Positions 10,515-20,135 of a stretch of 39,972 bases of DNA are shown in pieces. Each line of letters opens with the position of its first letter. Within the stretch, counting starts at the first letter, position 1. The notes below the pieces were generated by a model that worked only from the letters and a program-made list of their open reading frames with translations, was not told where the DNA came from and ran no database searches. Source of the DNA: Gaiellaceae bacterium (GTDB taxonomy: Bacteria; Actinomycetota; Thermoleophilia; Gaiellales; Gaiellaceae); assembly GCA_035764425.1 (NCBI GenBank), contig DASTZE010000080.1, positions 1 to 39,972 on the forward strand, read 5' to 3'. The position numbers and the translations under genes are program-made.

Positions 10515-12857
10515 GTGCGCTCGGCGCTCCTGCGCAAGTCGATCAGCGACCTGACCCGCCGCCGCTCGCGGGCGTTCTTCGCGTGCCTGACGCTCGCGCT
10601 CGCCGTGGCGAGCATCGGGATCTTCGCGATGCCGGCGGTGATGGACCGGTCGATGCAGGCGGAGGTCAAAGCAGGCAGGCTCGCCGACCTCACCGTCTAC
10701 ACGAACGCGCGTGACCTGACGGCCGCGCAGATCGCCGCGCTCGAGCGACTGCCGAACATCCGAGGGGTCGAGCCTCACTCGTACTTCTCCGGCCAGGTGT
10801 GGATCGGAGGACGCCGGGCGCCCGCGTATGTGCTCGGCGTCCCGGACTACGCGAACCAGCACGCCGACGTCGTCCACGTCGCGTCGGGAGCGGCCCCGCG
10901 GAACGGCGAGGTGCTGACCGAGGCGCAGAACGGGAAGCAGGGCCTGCTCGACGTCTCCGCCGGGCAGACGGTGCGGATGGTCGCCGCCGACGGGAGCACG
11001 GTCCCGCTGCGCGTCAGCGGCGAGGGCCGGAGCCTGAACGGCGGCAAGGACGTAATCGACGACAACGAGGTCGTTCTCTACAGCACGCCCGGCACGGTCA
11101 CGTCGCTGAGCGGCGTCTACGGCTACTCGTCGTTCGCCGTGCGGCTCGACGACACGCATCCGGCAGCAGTCGCGGCGACGACCGCGCGCCTGCGGCGGGC
11201 GCTCTCCGGCTTCACCGCCCTGCCCGCGATCCGCGCGCCCGGCGACTGGCCGGGCAAGGACGACTTCATGACGTTCGCGGACTTCTTCTCCGTGATCACG
11301 GTGCTCGCGCTGCTCTCGGCGTTCGTACTGATCGCGAACACGATGACGACGCTCGTCGCCGAGCAGACGGGCGAGATCGGGACGATGAAGGCGATCGGCG
11401 GTCGGCGGCGGCAGATCGCCGCCGTGTACGTCAAGACGGCGATGCTGCTGGGGGCGATCGGAACCATCGCCGGCCTCGCGCTCGGCGTCGCGCTCTCGAA
11501 CGTCCTGGTGCGCTACCTCGGGTCGACGTTCTACGCGATCAACGTCGCATTCGGCGTCGATTGGACGATCGTCGCCGTCAGCGTGCTGGTCGGCGTGCTC
11601 GGCCCGGCCGTGGCCGCGCTGCCGGCAATCCGGCGCGCGACCCGCGTGCCGCTCCGCGAGGCGCTCGAGGCGAGCGGTTCGGCGGTCGGGACGCTCGATG
11701 CGGGCGACCACCTCCTCCGCCGCATCCGCTTCCTGCCGCGAACGGCGCAGATCGGGCTCCGCAACGCCGGGCGGCGCCGTCGGCGAAGTCTCGCAACGAT
11801 GGCGATCGTCGCGCTCGCCGTCGGGAACCTGCTTGCGATCGTCGGCCTGGCCTCCGGCGTCGCCGCGACGACCCATTCCGAGTGGAACGATCACGGCGAG
11901 GACGTGAAGATCACCTCCGAGAGCGGCTCGTCACTCGACGCCGCCGCCGCCGGGATCATCCGCATGACGCCCGGGGTCGCCGCCGTGGAGCCGATGTGGG
12001 TGCGGGATGTCCGGCTCGGCGGCGAGGACGGCTACATCTGGGCCGTCCAGCCGCGGACGATGTTCCGCTACCACGTCTCGGACGGGCGCTGGTACACGAC
12101 GGCCGAGCGGCGGGCGCGCGTCGCGGTGGTCGAGCGGAACCTCGCGCGGGCCACCGGGACGCACGTCGGCGACCGGATCACCGTCGAGACGCCGGCCGGG
12201 CCGGTCGCGCTCCGCGTGATCGGGATCGCGACGAACCAGCAGGAGAACGGCACTGCGATCTTCGTCCCGATCGGGACGGCGCAGCAGTTCCTCCCCTCGG
12301 TGCCGAGCTTCTGGGTGCGCTTCACCTCGCACGATCATCCGTTCGTCGACCGGATGACCACTGACCTGGAGGACGCGCTTGGATCGACCGGTTACGGCGT
12401 GGGCACCGAGATCGAGTACGTGCAGGAGGCCGAGAACGTCGCGGAGAACCGGACGATCACCACCTCCATCACCGTGCTCGGCTTCCTCATCGTGGCGATC
12501 AGCCTCGTCGGGCTCGCGAACGCGCTGACGATGAGCGTGATCGAGCGGACGCGCGAGGTCGGCATCCTGCGCTCGATCGGCGCGCGCGGGCGGGACGTGC
12601 GCCGGATCTTCGCAGCCGAGACGATCGCACTCGCGGTCGGCGGCTGGCTGCTCGGCATCCCCTTCGGCTGGGCGCTCGACCACCTGCTGGTGTGGCTCGT
12701 CAAGGAGGAGGTGAACGTGGTCGTCCCCTTCACGTTCCCGCTGATGAACCTCGTCTGGGCGCTCCTCGGGACGGTCGCGCTGGCGCTGCTGATCACGTTC
12801 TTCCCGATCCGGCGCGCAGTGCGCTACCGGCCCGGGCAGGCGCTTCGGTACGCCTGA
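10515..12857 (+). CDS. ABC transporter permease, double FtsX-domain (MacB-like)
   Basis: Two FtsX modules (GTMKAIGGRRRQIAAVY and VGILRSIGARGRDVRRIF), each followed by TM helices, with large extracytoplasmic loops. I chose GTG 10515 (7 nt after the ATPase stop); TTG 10476 and GTG 10485 are in-frame alternatives. Confidence 0.86.
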   Translation: MRSALLRKSISDLTRRRSRAFFACLTLALAVASIGIFAMPAVMDRSMQAEVKAGRLADLTVYTNARDLTAAQIAALERLPNIRGVEPHSYFSGQVWIGGRRAPAYVLGVPDYANQHADVVHVASGAAPRNGEVLTEAQNGKQGLLDVSAGQTVRMVAADGSTVPLRVSGEGRSLNGGKDVIDDNEVVLYSTPGTVTSLSGVYGYSSFAVRLDDTHPAAVAATTARLRRALSGFTALPAIRAPGDWPGKDDFMTFADFFSVITVLALLSAFVLIANTMTTLVAEQTGEIGTMKAIGGRRRQIAAVYVKTAMLLGAIGTIAGLALGVALSNVLVRYLGSTFYAINVAFGVDWTIVAVSVLVGVLGPAVAALPAIRRATRVPLREALEASGSAVGTLDAGDHLLRRIRFLPRTAQIGLRNAGRRRRRSLATMAIVALAVGNLLAIVGLASGVAATTHSEWNDHGEDVKITSESGSSLDAAAAGIIRMTPGVAAVEPMWVRDVRLGGEDGYIWAVQPRTMFRYHVSDGRWYTTAERRARVAVVERNLARATGTHVGDRITVETPAGPVALRVIGIATNQQENGTAIFVPIGTAQQFLPSVPSFWVRFTSHDHPFVDRMTTDLEDALGSTGYGVGTEIEYVQEAENVAENRTITTSITVLGFLIVAISLVGLANALTMSVIERTREVGILRSIGARGRDVRRIFAAETIALAVGGWLLGIPFGWALDHLLVWLVKEEVNVVVPFTFPLMNLVWALLGTVALALLITFFPIRRAVRYRPGQALRYA

Positions 12858-12883
12858 CCGGACCTCGACGACGCCGTCGACGC

Positions 12884-14509
12884 CTAAACGGTCTCCGGCA
12901 CCATCTCGATCGCGCCGCACGGGCATTCGGCGGCGCAGATGCCGCAGCCCTTGCAGTAGTCGAGATCGATCGCGTACGGCCGGTCGGGGTCGCTCGTCTT
13001 GATCACCGCGTTGTCCGGGCACACGCCGAAGCAGTTGTCGCACGAGAAGCAGTTGCCGCACGAGAGGCACCGGCGCGCCTCGAAGAGCGCGTTCGACTCG
13101 TCCAGCCCGCCGACGACCTCCTCGAACGTCGAGCGCCGGCGCGCGAGCTCCAGCTGCGGCTGCACCGTCCGCGGGGCGTCCGTGTAGTACCAGGTGTTCA
13201 GCCGCTCGAACGTCGCGAGCGGATGCCGCTCGCCGCTTGCGTTCTCGCCGTCGCGGAGCCAGAGGTGGATGCAGCGCGCCGCCTTCTTGCCGTGCCCGAC
13301 CGCGACCGTGACCGTCCGCTCCGCGGGCACCATGTCGCCCCCGGCGAAGATCCCCGGGTAGCCGGTCATCAGGTGCGGCCCCACCTTGACGACCCCGTCC
13401 TCGACCTCGAGGCCCGGGACGCCATCCAGGAAGGACAGGTCGCACTCCTGGCCGAGTGCGAGCACCAGGGAGTCGGCCTCGAGCTCCTCCGTCTCGCCCG
13501 TCGGCTGCGGGAAGCCGGTGTCGTCGAGCTCCATCTTCTCGATGACGAGCTTGCCGTCGTCCGCGTGCTTGATCGTCGAGAGCCACTTCATCAGCACGCC
13601 CTCCTCCTCGGCCTCCTCGACCTCGAAGTCGTGCGCGGGCATGCGGTCGCGCGTGCGCCGGTAGATGACGATCGCCTCCTCGGCGCCGAGCCGCTTGGCC
13701 GTGCGTGCTGCGTCCATGGCGGTGTTGCCGCCGCCGTAGACGGCGACGCGCCGGCCGAGCAGCGGCTTCTCCTCTCCCTCCATCGAGCGCAGCAGCGTGA
13801 CCGCGTCGACGATGTGCGCCGCCTCGCCGGCCGGGATGTACGCGCGCTTGCCGATGTGCGCGCCCACGGCCACGAACGCGGCGTCGTAGCCGCGCATCGC
13901 CGCGAGCAGGTCGTCGATCTTCGTGTCCAGCTGCAGGTCGACGCCCATGCCGATGATCCGACCGATCTCGGCGTCGAGCACCTCGCGCGGCAGCCGGTAG
14001 CGCGGAATGCCGAAGCGCATCATCCCGCCGGGCGCCGGCCCCGCGTCGACGAGCGTCACCTCGTTGCCGAGGCGGCGCAGGTGGTACGCGGCCGAGAGCC
14101 CCGACGGCCCCGCGCCCACCACGAGCACGCGCCGGCCGGTCGGCGCTCCCGCCTCGACCGTCCAGCCGCGCTCGATCGCCAGGTCGCCGAGGAAGCGCTC
14201 GACCGAGTTGATGCCGACCGCCTCGTCGAGCTGCACGCGGTTGCAGGCGGTCTCGCACGGGTGGTAACAGACCCGCCCCATCACGGCGGGCAGCGGGTTG
14301 TCCTCCATGATCTGGCGCCAGGCACGCTCGTAGCCCTCGCCGCCCTCCTCGGCGTGGTAGAGCCATTTCTGGACGTTCTCGCCTGCCGGGCACGCGTCGG
14401 CGCACGGCGGCAGCCGGTCGACGTAGACCGGGCGCTCGGTGCGCCAGGACCCCGTCTTGTTGGCGAGGCTCGAGCCGACGTCGAGCGTGATGGCGAAGGG
14501 CTTCTTCAT
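12884..14509 (-). CDS. GltD-like NAD(P)H-dependent flavoprotein fused to a C-terminal 2x[4Fe-4S] ferredoxin domain
   Basis: [15 protein letters not shown] and [12 protein letters not shown] are dinucleotide folds. The N-terminal Cys cluster ([13 protein letters not shown] ... CYHPCETAC) matches the glutamate-synthase small-subunit family. The C-terminus carries [13 protein letters not shown] ... [17 protein letters not shown] overlap with the beta subunit. Confidence 0.88.
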   Translation of the reverse strand: MKKPFAITLDVGSSLANKTGSWRTERPVYVDRLPPCADACPAGENVQKWLYHAEEGGEGYERAWRQIMEDNPLPAVMGRVCYHPCETACNRVQLDEAVGINSVERFLGDLAIERGWTVEAGAPTGRRVLVVGAGPSGLSAAYHLRRLGNEVTLVDAGPAPGGMMRFGIPRYRLPREVLDAEIGRIIGMGVDLQLDTKIDDLLAAMRGYDAAFVAVGAHIGKRAYIPAGEAAHIVDAVTLLRSMEGEEKPLLGRRVAVYGGGNTAMDAARTAKRLGAEEAIVIYRRTRDRMPAHDFEVEEAEEEGVLMKWLSTIKHADDGKLVIEKMELDDTGFPQPTGETEELEADSLVLALGQECDLSFLDGVPGLEVEDGVVKVGPHLMTGYPGIFAGGDMVPAERTVTVAVGHGKKAARCIHLWLRDGENASGERHPLATFERLNTWYYTDAPRTVQPQLELARRRSTFEEVVGGLDESNALFEARRCLSCGNCFSCDNCFGVCPDNAVIKTSDPDRPYAIDLDYCKGCGICAAECPCGAIEMVPETV

Positions 14510-15495
14510 TCCGCGAGCCCGAAGCGGTTGATGGTGCGGTTGGCGGCGGCCTGTAGCCGGGCGACGATGTCCGGCCGCGGCGGATCGCCGAACAGGTGCG
14601 CATAGCGCTTCTGCGCGCGCAGGTATTCCTCCACCGGCGTGCGCCGGCGGATCCTCGTCACCGACGTGATCTCGCCGTGCTCGGCCTCGAAGAGCGGGAA
14701 GAGGCCGGTCTCGACGGCGAGGCGCGCGACCTGGATCGTCGCGCTGGACGCAGTCCCCCAGCCGAGCGGGCAGGGGACGAGCACATGGAGGTAGCGGGCG
14801 CCCCGGAACGTCATGGCGCGCTCGACCTTCGCCTCGAGGTCGTGCAGGTCGGCGACGGTGGCGGTCGCGACGTACGGGATCTCGTGCGCGACGGCGATCA
14901 GCGGCACGTTCTTCCCCTGGCCGAACCGGTTGCCGGCCTCCATTCCGACGGGCCTCGTGGTCGCCGTCGAGGCGGCGGGCGGCGTCGCGCCCGAGCGCTG
15001 GACGCCGGTGTTCATGTACGCCTCGTTGTCGTAACAGACGTAGAGCACGTCGTCGTCGCGCTCGAACATGCCCGACAGGCAGGCGAAGCCGATGTCGACG
15101 GTGCCGCCGTCGCCGCCCTGCGCCAGGACCCGGATGTCGTCACGGCCCTTGACCTTCAGCGCCGCCGCCATGCCGGTCGCGACGGCGGGCGCGTTGCCGA
15201 AGAGGGAGTGCAGCCAGGGCAGCTGCCACGACGACTCCGGGTACGGCGTGGAGAAGACTTCGAGGCACCCCGTCGCGTTGGCGGCGACGAGCTTGCCCTC
15301 GGTCGCCCGCATCGCGGCGTCCAGCGCGTAGCGCGCGCCGAGCGCCTCGCCGCAGCCCTGGCAGGCGCGGTGGCCGGACGTGAGCGTGTTCGACCGCTCG
15401 GTGCGCGACTGGACCGTCCGCTGCTCGGGATCGAGCAGCCGGTTGCCGGCCGCGAAGGAGCCCACCTGGTAGAAGCGGATGCGCTCGGCCGTCAT
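14506..15495 (-). CDS. 2-oxoacid:ferredoxin oxidoreductase, beta (TPP-binding) subunit
   Basis: Trimmed to the ATG at 15495 ([11 protein letters not shown]...). Contains CQGCGEALG and [38 protein letters not shown] (TPP motif). 329 aa. Confidence 0.92.
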   Translation of the reverse strand: MTAERIRFYQVGSFAAGNRLLDPEQRTVQSRTERSNTLTSGHRACQGCGEALGARYALDAAMRATEGKLVAANATGCLEVFSTPYPESSWQLPWLHSLFGNAPAVATGMAAALKVKGRDDIRVLAQGGDGGTVDIGFACLSGMFERDDDVLYVCYDNEAYMNTGVQRSGATPPAASTATTRPVGMEAGNRFGQGKNVPLIAVAHEIPYVATATVADLHDLEAKVERAMTFRGARYLHVLVPCPLGWGTASSATIQVARLAVETGLFPLFEAEHGEITSVTRIRRRTPVEEYLRAQKRYAHLFGDPPRPDIVARLQAAANRTINRFGLAE

Positions 15496-16736
15496 CAATA
15501 CGGCCTCGCGAGGACGCCCAGGTCGCGGAGGATGTTCTCGGCGTGCGGGCCTGACGGCCGCTCGAGCTCGCGCTCCACGATGCCGGTGTCCAGATCGAGA
15601 AAGGTCATGCGGTCGCGCGGCAGCCGGCCGGCGATCGCGTCGTCCAGGAGCCCGCGCAGCGAGCGCCCTGTGATCGGACGGCCGCCGAGCCCGGCCACGA
15701 CGTCGTGCACCGTCACGCCGGTGCCGTCGAGCGCGAGCCGCACGTTCTGTCCGACGATGCCGCCGGCGCCGACCGCGAACGCCTTCTCGACGACGACGAC
15801 GCGCTCGGCGTGCGCCAGTGCCGCGCGCACCTCCTCGAGCGGCCACGGCCGAAAGGTCTTCACGCCGAGCGCGCCGATGCGGATCCCGTCCGCGCGCAGC
15901 TCGTCGACGACGTCCTCGATGGTGCCGAGCACCGACCCGAGCGCGACGACGATGGTCTCGGCGTCCTCACTGCGATAGCGGCGGACGAGCCCGCCGGCCG
16001 GCCGGCCGAACGCCTGCGCGAACGTCGACGCGATCGCGGGGATGTCGTCGAGCGCCTGCATCTGCTTCGCGTGCATGAGGTACCGCACCTCGGTGAACGC
16101 CTCGGGCCCGACCATCGCGCCGATCGTCATCGGCTCGTCCGGGTCGAGCACCTGCCGCGGCGCGAACGGCGGCAGAAAGGCGTCGACATCCTCCTGTGCG
16201 GGCAGGTCGACGCCCTCGTACGCGTGCGTGAGGACGAACCCGTCCATGCACACCATGACGGGCAGCGAGATCGCCTCGGCAAGCCGGAAAGCCTGGATGT
16301 GCAGGTCGACGGCCTCCTGGTTCGACTCCGCGTACAGCTGGATCCAGCCCGAGTCGCGCTGCGACATGGCGTCGGAGTGGTCGTTCCAGATGTTGATCGG
16401 CGAGCCGATCGCCCGGTTGGCCACCGTCATCACGATCGGCAGGCCCAGGCCGGAGGCGTTGTAGAGCGCCTCGACCATGTAGAGCAGGCCCTGGCTCGCC
16501 GTCGCCGAGTAGGCGCGGGCGCCGACGGCGGAGGCGCCGATGGCGGCCGACATGGCGGCGAACTCGGACTCCACGTTCAGGTACTCGCAGGGCGCGAGCT
16601 CGCGCGAGCGCACGAGGTCGGAGAGGTGCTCGACGATGTGCGTCTGCGGCGAGATCGGGTAGGCGCAGATCACCTCGGGCCGGCAGAGCGCGATCGCCTT
16701 CGCGACCGCAACGGACCCCTCGAGCTGCCTACGCAT
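15495..16736 (-). CDS. 2-oxoacid:ferredoxin oxidoreductase, alpha subunit
   Basis: Trimmed to the ATG at 16736 (MRRQLEGSVAVAKAIALCRPEVICAYPISPQT). Contains ESEFAAMSAAIGASAVGARAYSATASQGL. 413 aa. Confidence 0.92.
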   Translation of the reverse strand: MRRQLEGSVAVAKAIALCRPEVICAYPISPQTHIVEHLSDLVRSRELAPCEYLNVESEFAAMSAAIGASAVGARAYSATASQGLLYMVEALYNASGLGLPIVMTVANRAIGSPINIWNDHSDAMSQRDSGWIQLYAESNQEAVDLHIQAFRLAEAISLPVMVCMDGFVLTHAYEGVDLPAQEDVDAFLPPFAPRQVLDPDEPMTIGAMVGPEAFTEVRYLMHAKQMQALDDIPAIASTFAQAFGRPAGGLVRRYRSEDAETIVVALGSVLGTIEDVVDELRADGIRIGALGVKTFRPWPLEEVRAALAHAERVVVVEKAFAVGAGGIVGQNVRLALDGTGVTVHDVVAGLGGRPITGRSLRGLLDDAIAGRLPRDRMTFLDLDTGIVERELERPSGPHAENILRDLGVLARPY

Positions 16737-17280
16737 GGACGGCCTCCAGCTGCTCATAGGCGACGCGCGCCGCGACGGCGTTCTGCTCGCCAATGGCTCC
16801 CTTGAACTTCTCCCGGATCGCGGCGACGACGGCGTCGAGCGATACGACGCCGGTGAGCGCGGCGAAGCCGCCGAGCAGCACCGCGTTCGGCACGGGGCGT
16901 CCGAGGTGTTTTCGCGCGAGGTCGGTGGCCGGCAGCGTCACGATCCGGAAGCCGGTGTCGTCGAGGCCGAGCTCCTGGAGCGTCCGCGCGCTGTTCAGCA
17001 GCACGAGCCCGCCCGGATGCAGGCCGGCGAAGAGGTCGACCTGGTGGAGGAGCGTCGGGTCCTGGACGATCAACGTGTCGGGCTCCGCGATCGGCTCGCG
17101 GCTGCGGATCGGCCGCTCGTCGATGCGGCAGAAGGCGACGACGGGCGCGCCCGTGCGTTCGGACCCGAAGGTCGGGAACGCCTGTGCGTGGCGGCCCTCA
17201 GCGAACGCCGCCACCGACAGCAGCTCGGCGGCGGTGACCACGCCCTGGCCGCCGCGTCCGTGGATCCGTACCTGGTGCAT
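16729..17280 (-). CDS. 2-oxoacid:ferredoxin oxidoreductase, gamma subunit
   Basis: Trimmed to the ATG at 17280 (MHQVRIHGRGGQGVVTAAELL...AFPTFGSERTGAPV). 183 aa; 8-nt overlap with the alpha start. Confidence 0.9.
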   Translation of the reverse strand: MHQVRIHGRGGQGVVTAAELLSVAAFAEGRHAQAFPTFGSERTGAPVVAFCRIDERPIRSREPIAEPDTLIVQDPTLLHQVDLFAGLHPGGLVLLNSARTLQELGLDDTGFRIVTLPATDLARKHLGRPVPNAVLLGGFAALTGVVSLDAVVAAIREKFKGAIGEQNAVAARVAYEQLEAVHA

Positions 17281-17555
17281 CGCGCCAAGCCTCGCCGCGG
17301 CTGGGCCGGCCGCCATCCGTGGAAACCCCGAGGTCGCGCGCGGCTTACTTCGCGAACGTGCGGTTCCGTAGACGCTACGGAGTGGCCCTGCGGTCGAAAC
17401 CGATGTACTTCTGGGCGCGAATTGCCGATGATGGAACCGATGAACACACTCGCCGCCAGCCTCGCCCTCCTGCTGATGCTCTCGGCAGGCATGTTCAAGC
17501 GGCAGATCAGCTGGAAGCCGCCGAAGCCGCGGCGCCTGCGAGTGCGTTGGTTCCG

Positions 17556-18212
17556 CTAGTCCGTCGCTAGCTCGACGAGGCAGACGCCGGGCTCGGCAAA
17601 CGGCCGCAGGGCCTCGGCGCGAACCGGAGCGCGCAGCTCCTCCAGCGCGCCGCGGAGCACGCCGAGGTGGAGCGAGCAGATCACGGCGCCATGGCTCTCG
17701 GCCAGGTCCTTGAACGGGCACCGGCACATGCGCACCGTGCTCCCGTCGGTCTGGGGCGCGAAGCCTTGCTCGTCGAGGAGCCGGAGGATCTCGGCGGTGG
17801 CCGTCTCCGCGTCGACGTGGTCGTCCGGCGCGCGCCGCTCGACCAGGAAGCGGCCCCACGCGTGGCCGGCGCGCTCGGCGACCGCGTCACGATCGGGCAC
17901 GTCGTCGAGGGCTGACGCGAGCATGCGCGCGAGGAAGCGGTAGTCCTCGCCGTCACCGCCGGCTCCCTCCGCCGTCGGCGCGTAGAGCACGCGGGGCCTG
18001 CCCGGCTCGCTCCGTGCTTCGACCGCGCTCGCGACAAGCCCCGCGTCGGCCAGCACACCGAGGTGGAAGCGCACCGTGTTGGCGTGCAGGCCGACGCGCC
18101 GGGCGAGCTCACCGGCGTCCAGCGATTCGTCGGCGTCGACGAGCGCGCCGAGGACGCGGACCCGGCTCGGGTCGGCGAGGGCGCGATGGCGGGCTGGAAT
18201 TTCCGACGGCAT
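17556..18212 (-). CDS. ArsR/SmtB-type winged-helix regulator with Cys-containing C-terminal domain
   Basis: Trimmed to the ATG at 18212 (MPSEIPARHRALADPSRVRVLGALVD...LDAGELARRVGLHANTVRFHLGVLADAGLV). The C-terminal segment is RMCRCPFKDLAESHGAVICSLHLG. It lies divergent from nirK. Confidence 0.8.
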   Translation of the reverse strand: MPSEIPARHRALADPSRVRVLGALVDADESLDAGELARRVGLHANTVRFHLGVLADAGLVASAVEARSEPGRPRVLYAPTAEGAGGDGEDYRFLARMLASALDDVPDRDAVAERAGHAWGRFLVERRAPDDHVDAETATAEILRLLDEQGFAPQTDGSTVRMCRCPFKDLAESHGAVICSLHLGVLRGALEELRAPVRAEALRPFAEPGVCLVELATD

Positions 18213-18344
18213 CTGGGACAAAGCCTGCGCCGCGGCGGCGGCGAGGCAATCCGCGAATCCACGTATGGCGGATACGCACGGGAGCGGATGGAGCGTCGAG
18301 TCAATTGTTCCAACGTTCGTCGTGGAAATCAAAGGAGGACGAAC

Positions 18345-19457
18345 ATGGCAAAGGCGATCATCATTTTGCTCGGGTTCGCGGTCGGCGCACTGGCGACCGC
18401 GGCGGTCGTGATGACAGAGGCGGCCGGCTCGGCGCGCGACGACGCGCGCGCGGCGGCCGCGAAGGTCTCGAGCACGTCCAGCTCGGACGGCATGGCGGGC
18501 ATGAACATGGGCAGCTCGACCGGCGGCAAGGCCGCGCTCACCAGCTACGCCGGCACCGCCCCGGCCAACGCGGACGATCTCGCAATGGCTCACAAGCCGT
18601 ATCCCGCAGCGCTGCCGCCGGTCCAGGCGGGCCCGGTCGCGAGCATGCACATGACCCTGAAGGACGTCACCATCGACATCGCCCCCGGCATCAAGTACGC
18701 CGCGTGGGGCTTCGACGCCGGCGCGCCTGGACCGGTCGTGCACGTGCGCGAGGGCCAGACGGTGCGCATGACGCTGACCAACGGGGGGGCGATCCCGCAC
18801 TCGATCGACTTCCACGCCGCGCGCATCGCCCCGAACGTCGCGTTCCGCGACGTCGATCCCGGCAAGTCGTTCACGTTCAGCTTCAAGGCGACCGACCCGG
18901 GCGTGTTCATGTACCACTGCGGCACCAAGCCGGTGCTCGCGCACATCGCGAACGGCATGTACGGCGCGATCGTGGTCGATCCGTCGACCCCGCTGCCCCA
19001 CGCCGACAACGAGTACGTGCTCGTCGCCAGCGAGTGGTACCTGAACGGCCCCGGCACGAGCGAGCCCGCTGCCTTCTCGATGGACAAGGCGCACGCGATG
19101 ATGCCCGACTGGATGACGTTCAACGGCTACGCGGGCCAGTACGCCAAGCACCCGCTGACCGCCAATCCCGGCGACGTCACCCGCTTCTACGTCGTCGACG
19201 CCGGGCCGAGCCTCGACACCGACTTTCACGTCGTCGGGACGATGTTCGACCGCGCCTGGGTGAACGCCGACGTGACCGACGCGCCGCAGCACGGCGTGCA
19301 GACGGTCACTGTCCCGGCGGGCGGCGGCGGCATCTTCGACGTGAAGATCCCGGAGGAAGGGCTCTACCCCTTCGTGAGCCACTCCTTCGCGAGCGTCGAC
19401 CTCGGCCAGGTGGGGGTGCTCAAGGTCGGGAACCCGCCGGGGACGATGTCGCACTGA
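18345..19457 (+). CDS. nirK: copper-containing nitrite reductase (NirK-type two-domain multicopper protein), membrane-anchored
   Basis: ATG 18345 follows AAAGGAGGA. HSIDFHAA gives T1 His, catalytic Asp and T2 His. FKATDPGVFMYHCGTKPVLAHIANGMYGAIVV gives His-Cys ... His ... Met. TDFHVVG and YPFVSHSF align with NirK. N-terminal TM helix. Confidence 0.85.
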   Translation: MAKAIIILLGFAVGALATAAVVMTEAAGSARDDARAAAAKVSSTSSSDGMAGMNMGSSTGGKAALTSYAGTAPANADDLAMAHKPYPAALPPVQAGPVASMHMTLKDVTIDIAPGIKYAAWGFDAGAPGPVVHVREGQTVRMTLTNGGAIPHSIDFHAARIAPNVAFRDVDPGKSFTFSFKATDPGVFMYHCGTKPVLAHIANGMYGAIVVDPSTPLPHADNEYVLVASEWYLNGPGTSEPAAFSMDKAHAMMPDWMTFNGYAGQYAKHPLTANPGDVTRFYVVDAGPSLDTDFHVVGTMFDRAWVNADVTDAPQHGVQTVTVPAGGGGIFDVKIPEEGLYPFVSHSFASVDLGQVGVLKVGNPPGTMSH

Positions 19458-19462
19458 GGTAA

Positions 19463-19494
19463 ACGGGACCGTCCCGTGCCGGGGACTGTCCCGT
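19463..19494. repeat. two tandem short palindromes, ACGGGAC-C-GTCCCGT and GGGAC-T-GTCCC, in the convergent nirK / response-regulator gap
   Basis: Read directly from aaACGGGACCGTCCCGTgccgGGGACTGTCCCGTca. Either copy can form a short GC hairpin, so this may be a bidirectional terminator. The second copy abuts the regulator's stop codon. Confidence 0.45.
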
Positions 19495-20135
19495 CACGAC
19501 TCGTGCGTCTCGAGCAGCCCCTGGTCGAGCGCGTAGCGCACCAGCTCGGCGCGGGTCGTGAGCCGGAGCTTCTGCATGATGTGTGCACGGTGCGTCTCGG
19601 CCGTGCGCACCGAGATGTAGAGCATCTTCGCGATCTCCTGGTTCGTGTGCCCGAGCGCCAGGAGCCGGAGCACCTCGCGCTCGCGGTCTGAGAGCGGGTC
19701 CTCCTCCGCGCGCCGGCGCTCCTCGGCCGCGGCGGTGATCATCCGCGCGCCAAGCGCGGGATGGACGTAGCGGCCGCCGCCCGCAACCTCGCGGATCGCC
19801 TGCACCAGCTCCGTGTCGGCAGCCTCCTTGAGCACGTAGCCCGACGCGCCGGCGTCGAACGCCTCGGTCACGTAGTGCGGGTCGTCCTGCATCGAGAGCA
19901 CCAGCACCTTCGCGTCCGGGGCCTCCTTGAGCACGGCCGGGGTCGCCTCGATGCCGCTCGCGCCCGGCATGACGACGTCCATCAGGATCACATCCGGCTT
20001 GTGGGCGCGCGCCTCGAACACGGCGTTGCGCATGTCGCCGGCCTCGGCGACCACCTCGAACCCCTCCTCCTCCAGCAGCCGGCGGAGACCACTGCGCACG
20101 ACGGCGTGGTCGTCGACGATCAGGACGCTCGTCAT
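19494..20135 (-). CDS. NarL/LuxR-family response regulator (DosR/DevR-like)
   Basis: Receiver domain (LIVDDHAVVRSGL ... DVILMDVVMPG ... KVLVLS) plus LuxR HTH (LSDREREVLRLLALGHTNQEIAKMLYISVRTAETHR). ATGA overlap with the kinase stop. Confidence 0.92.
   Translation of the reverse strand: MTSVLIVDDHAVVRSGLRRLLEEEGFEVVAEAGDMRNAVFEARAHKPDVILMDVVMPGASGIEATPAVLKEAPDAKVLVLSMQDDPHYVTEAFDAGASGYVLKEAADTELVQAIREVAGGGRYVHPALGARMITAAAEERRRAEEDPLSDREREVLRLLALGHTNQEIAKMLYISVRTAETHRAHIMQKLRLTTRAELVRYALDQGLLETHES

Noticed and set aside
10404-14605. Very long alternative-frame ORFs (10404..11894, 10799..12364, 11931..14603, 12692..14605). Similar ones occur elsewhere (2869..4296, 6170..7531, 15705..16805, 18014..19462, 35501..37201, 35836..38661, 38665..39756).
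   Set aside because: Their composition is low-complexity (R/G/A/P/D runs) with no recognisable motifs. Each overlaps a gene with strong family signatures in another frame.
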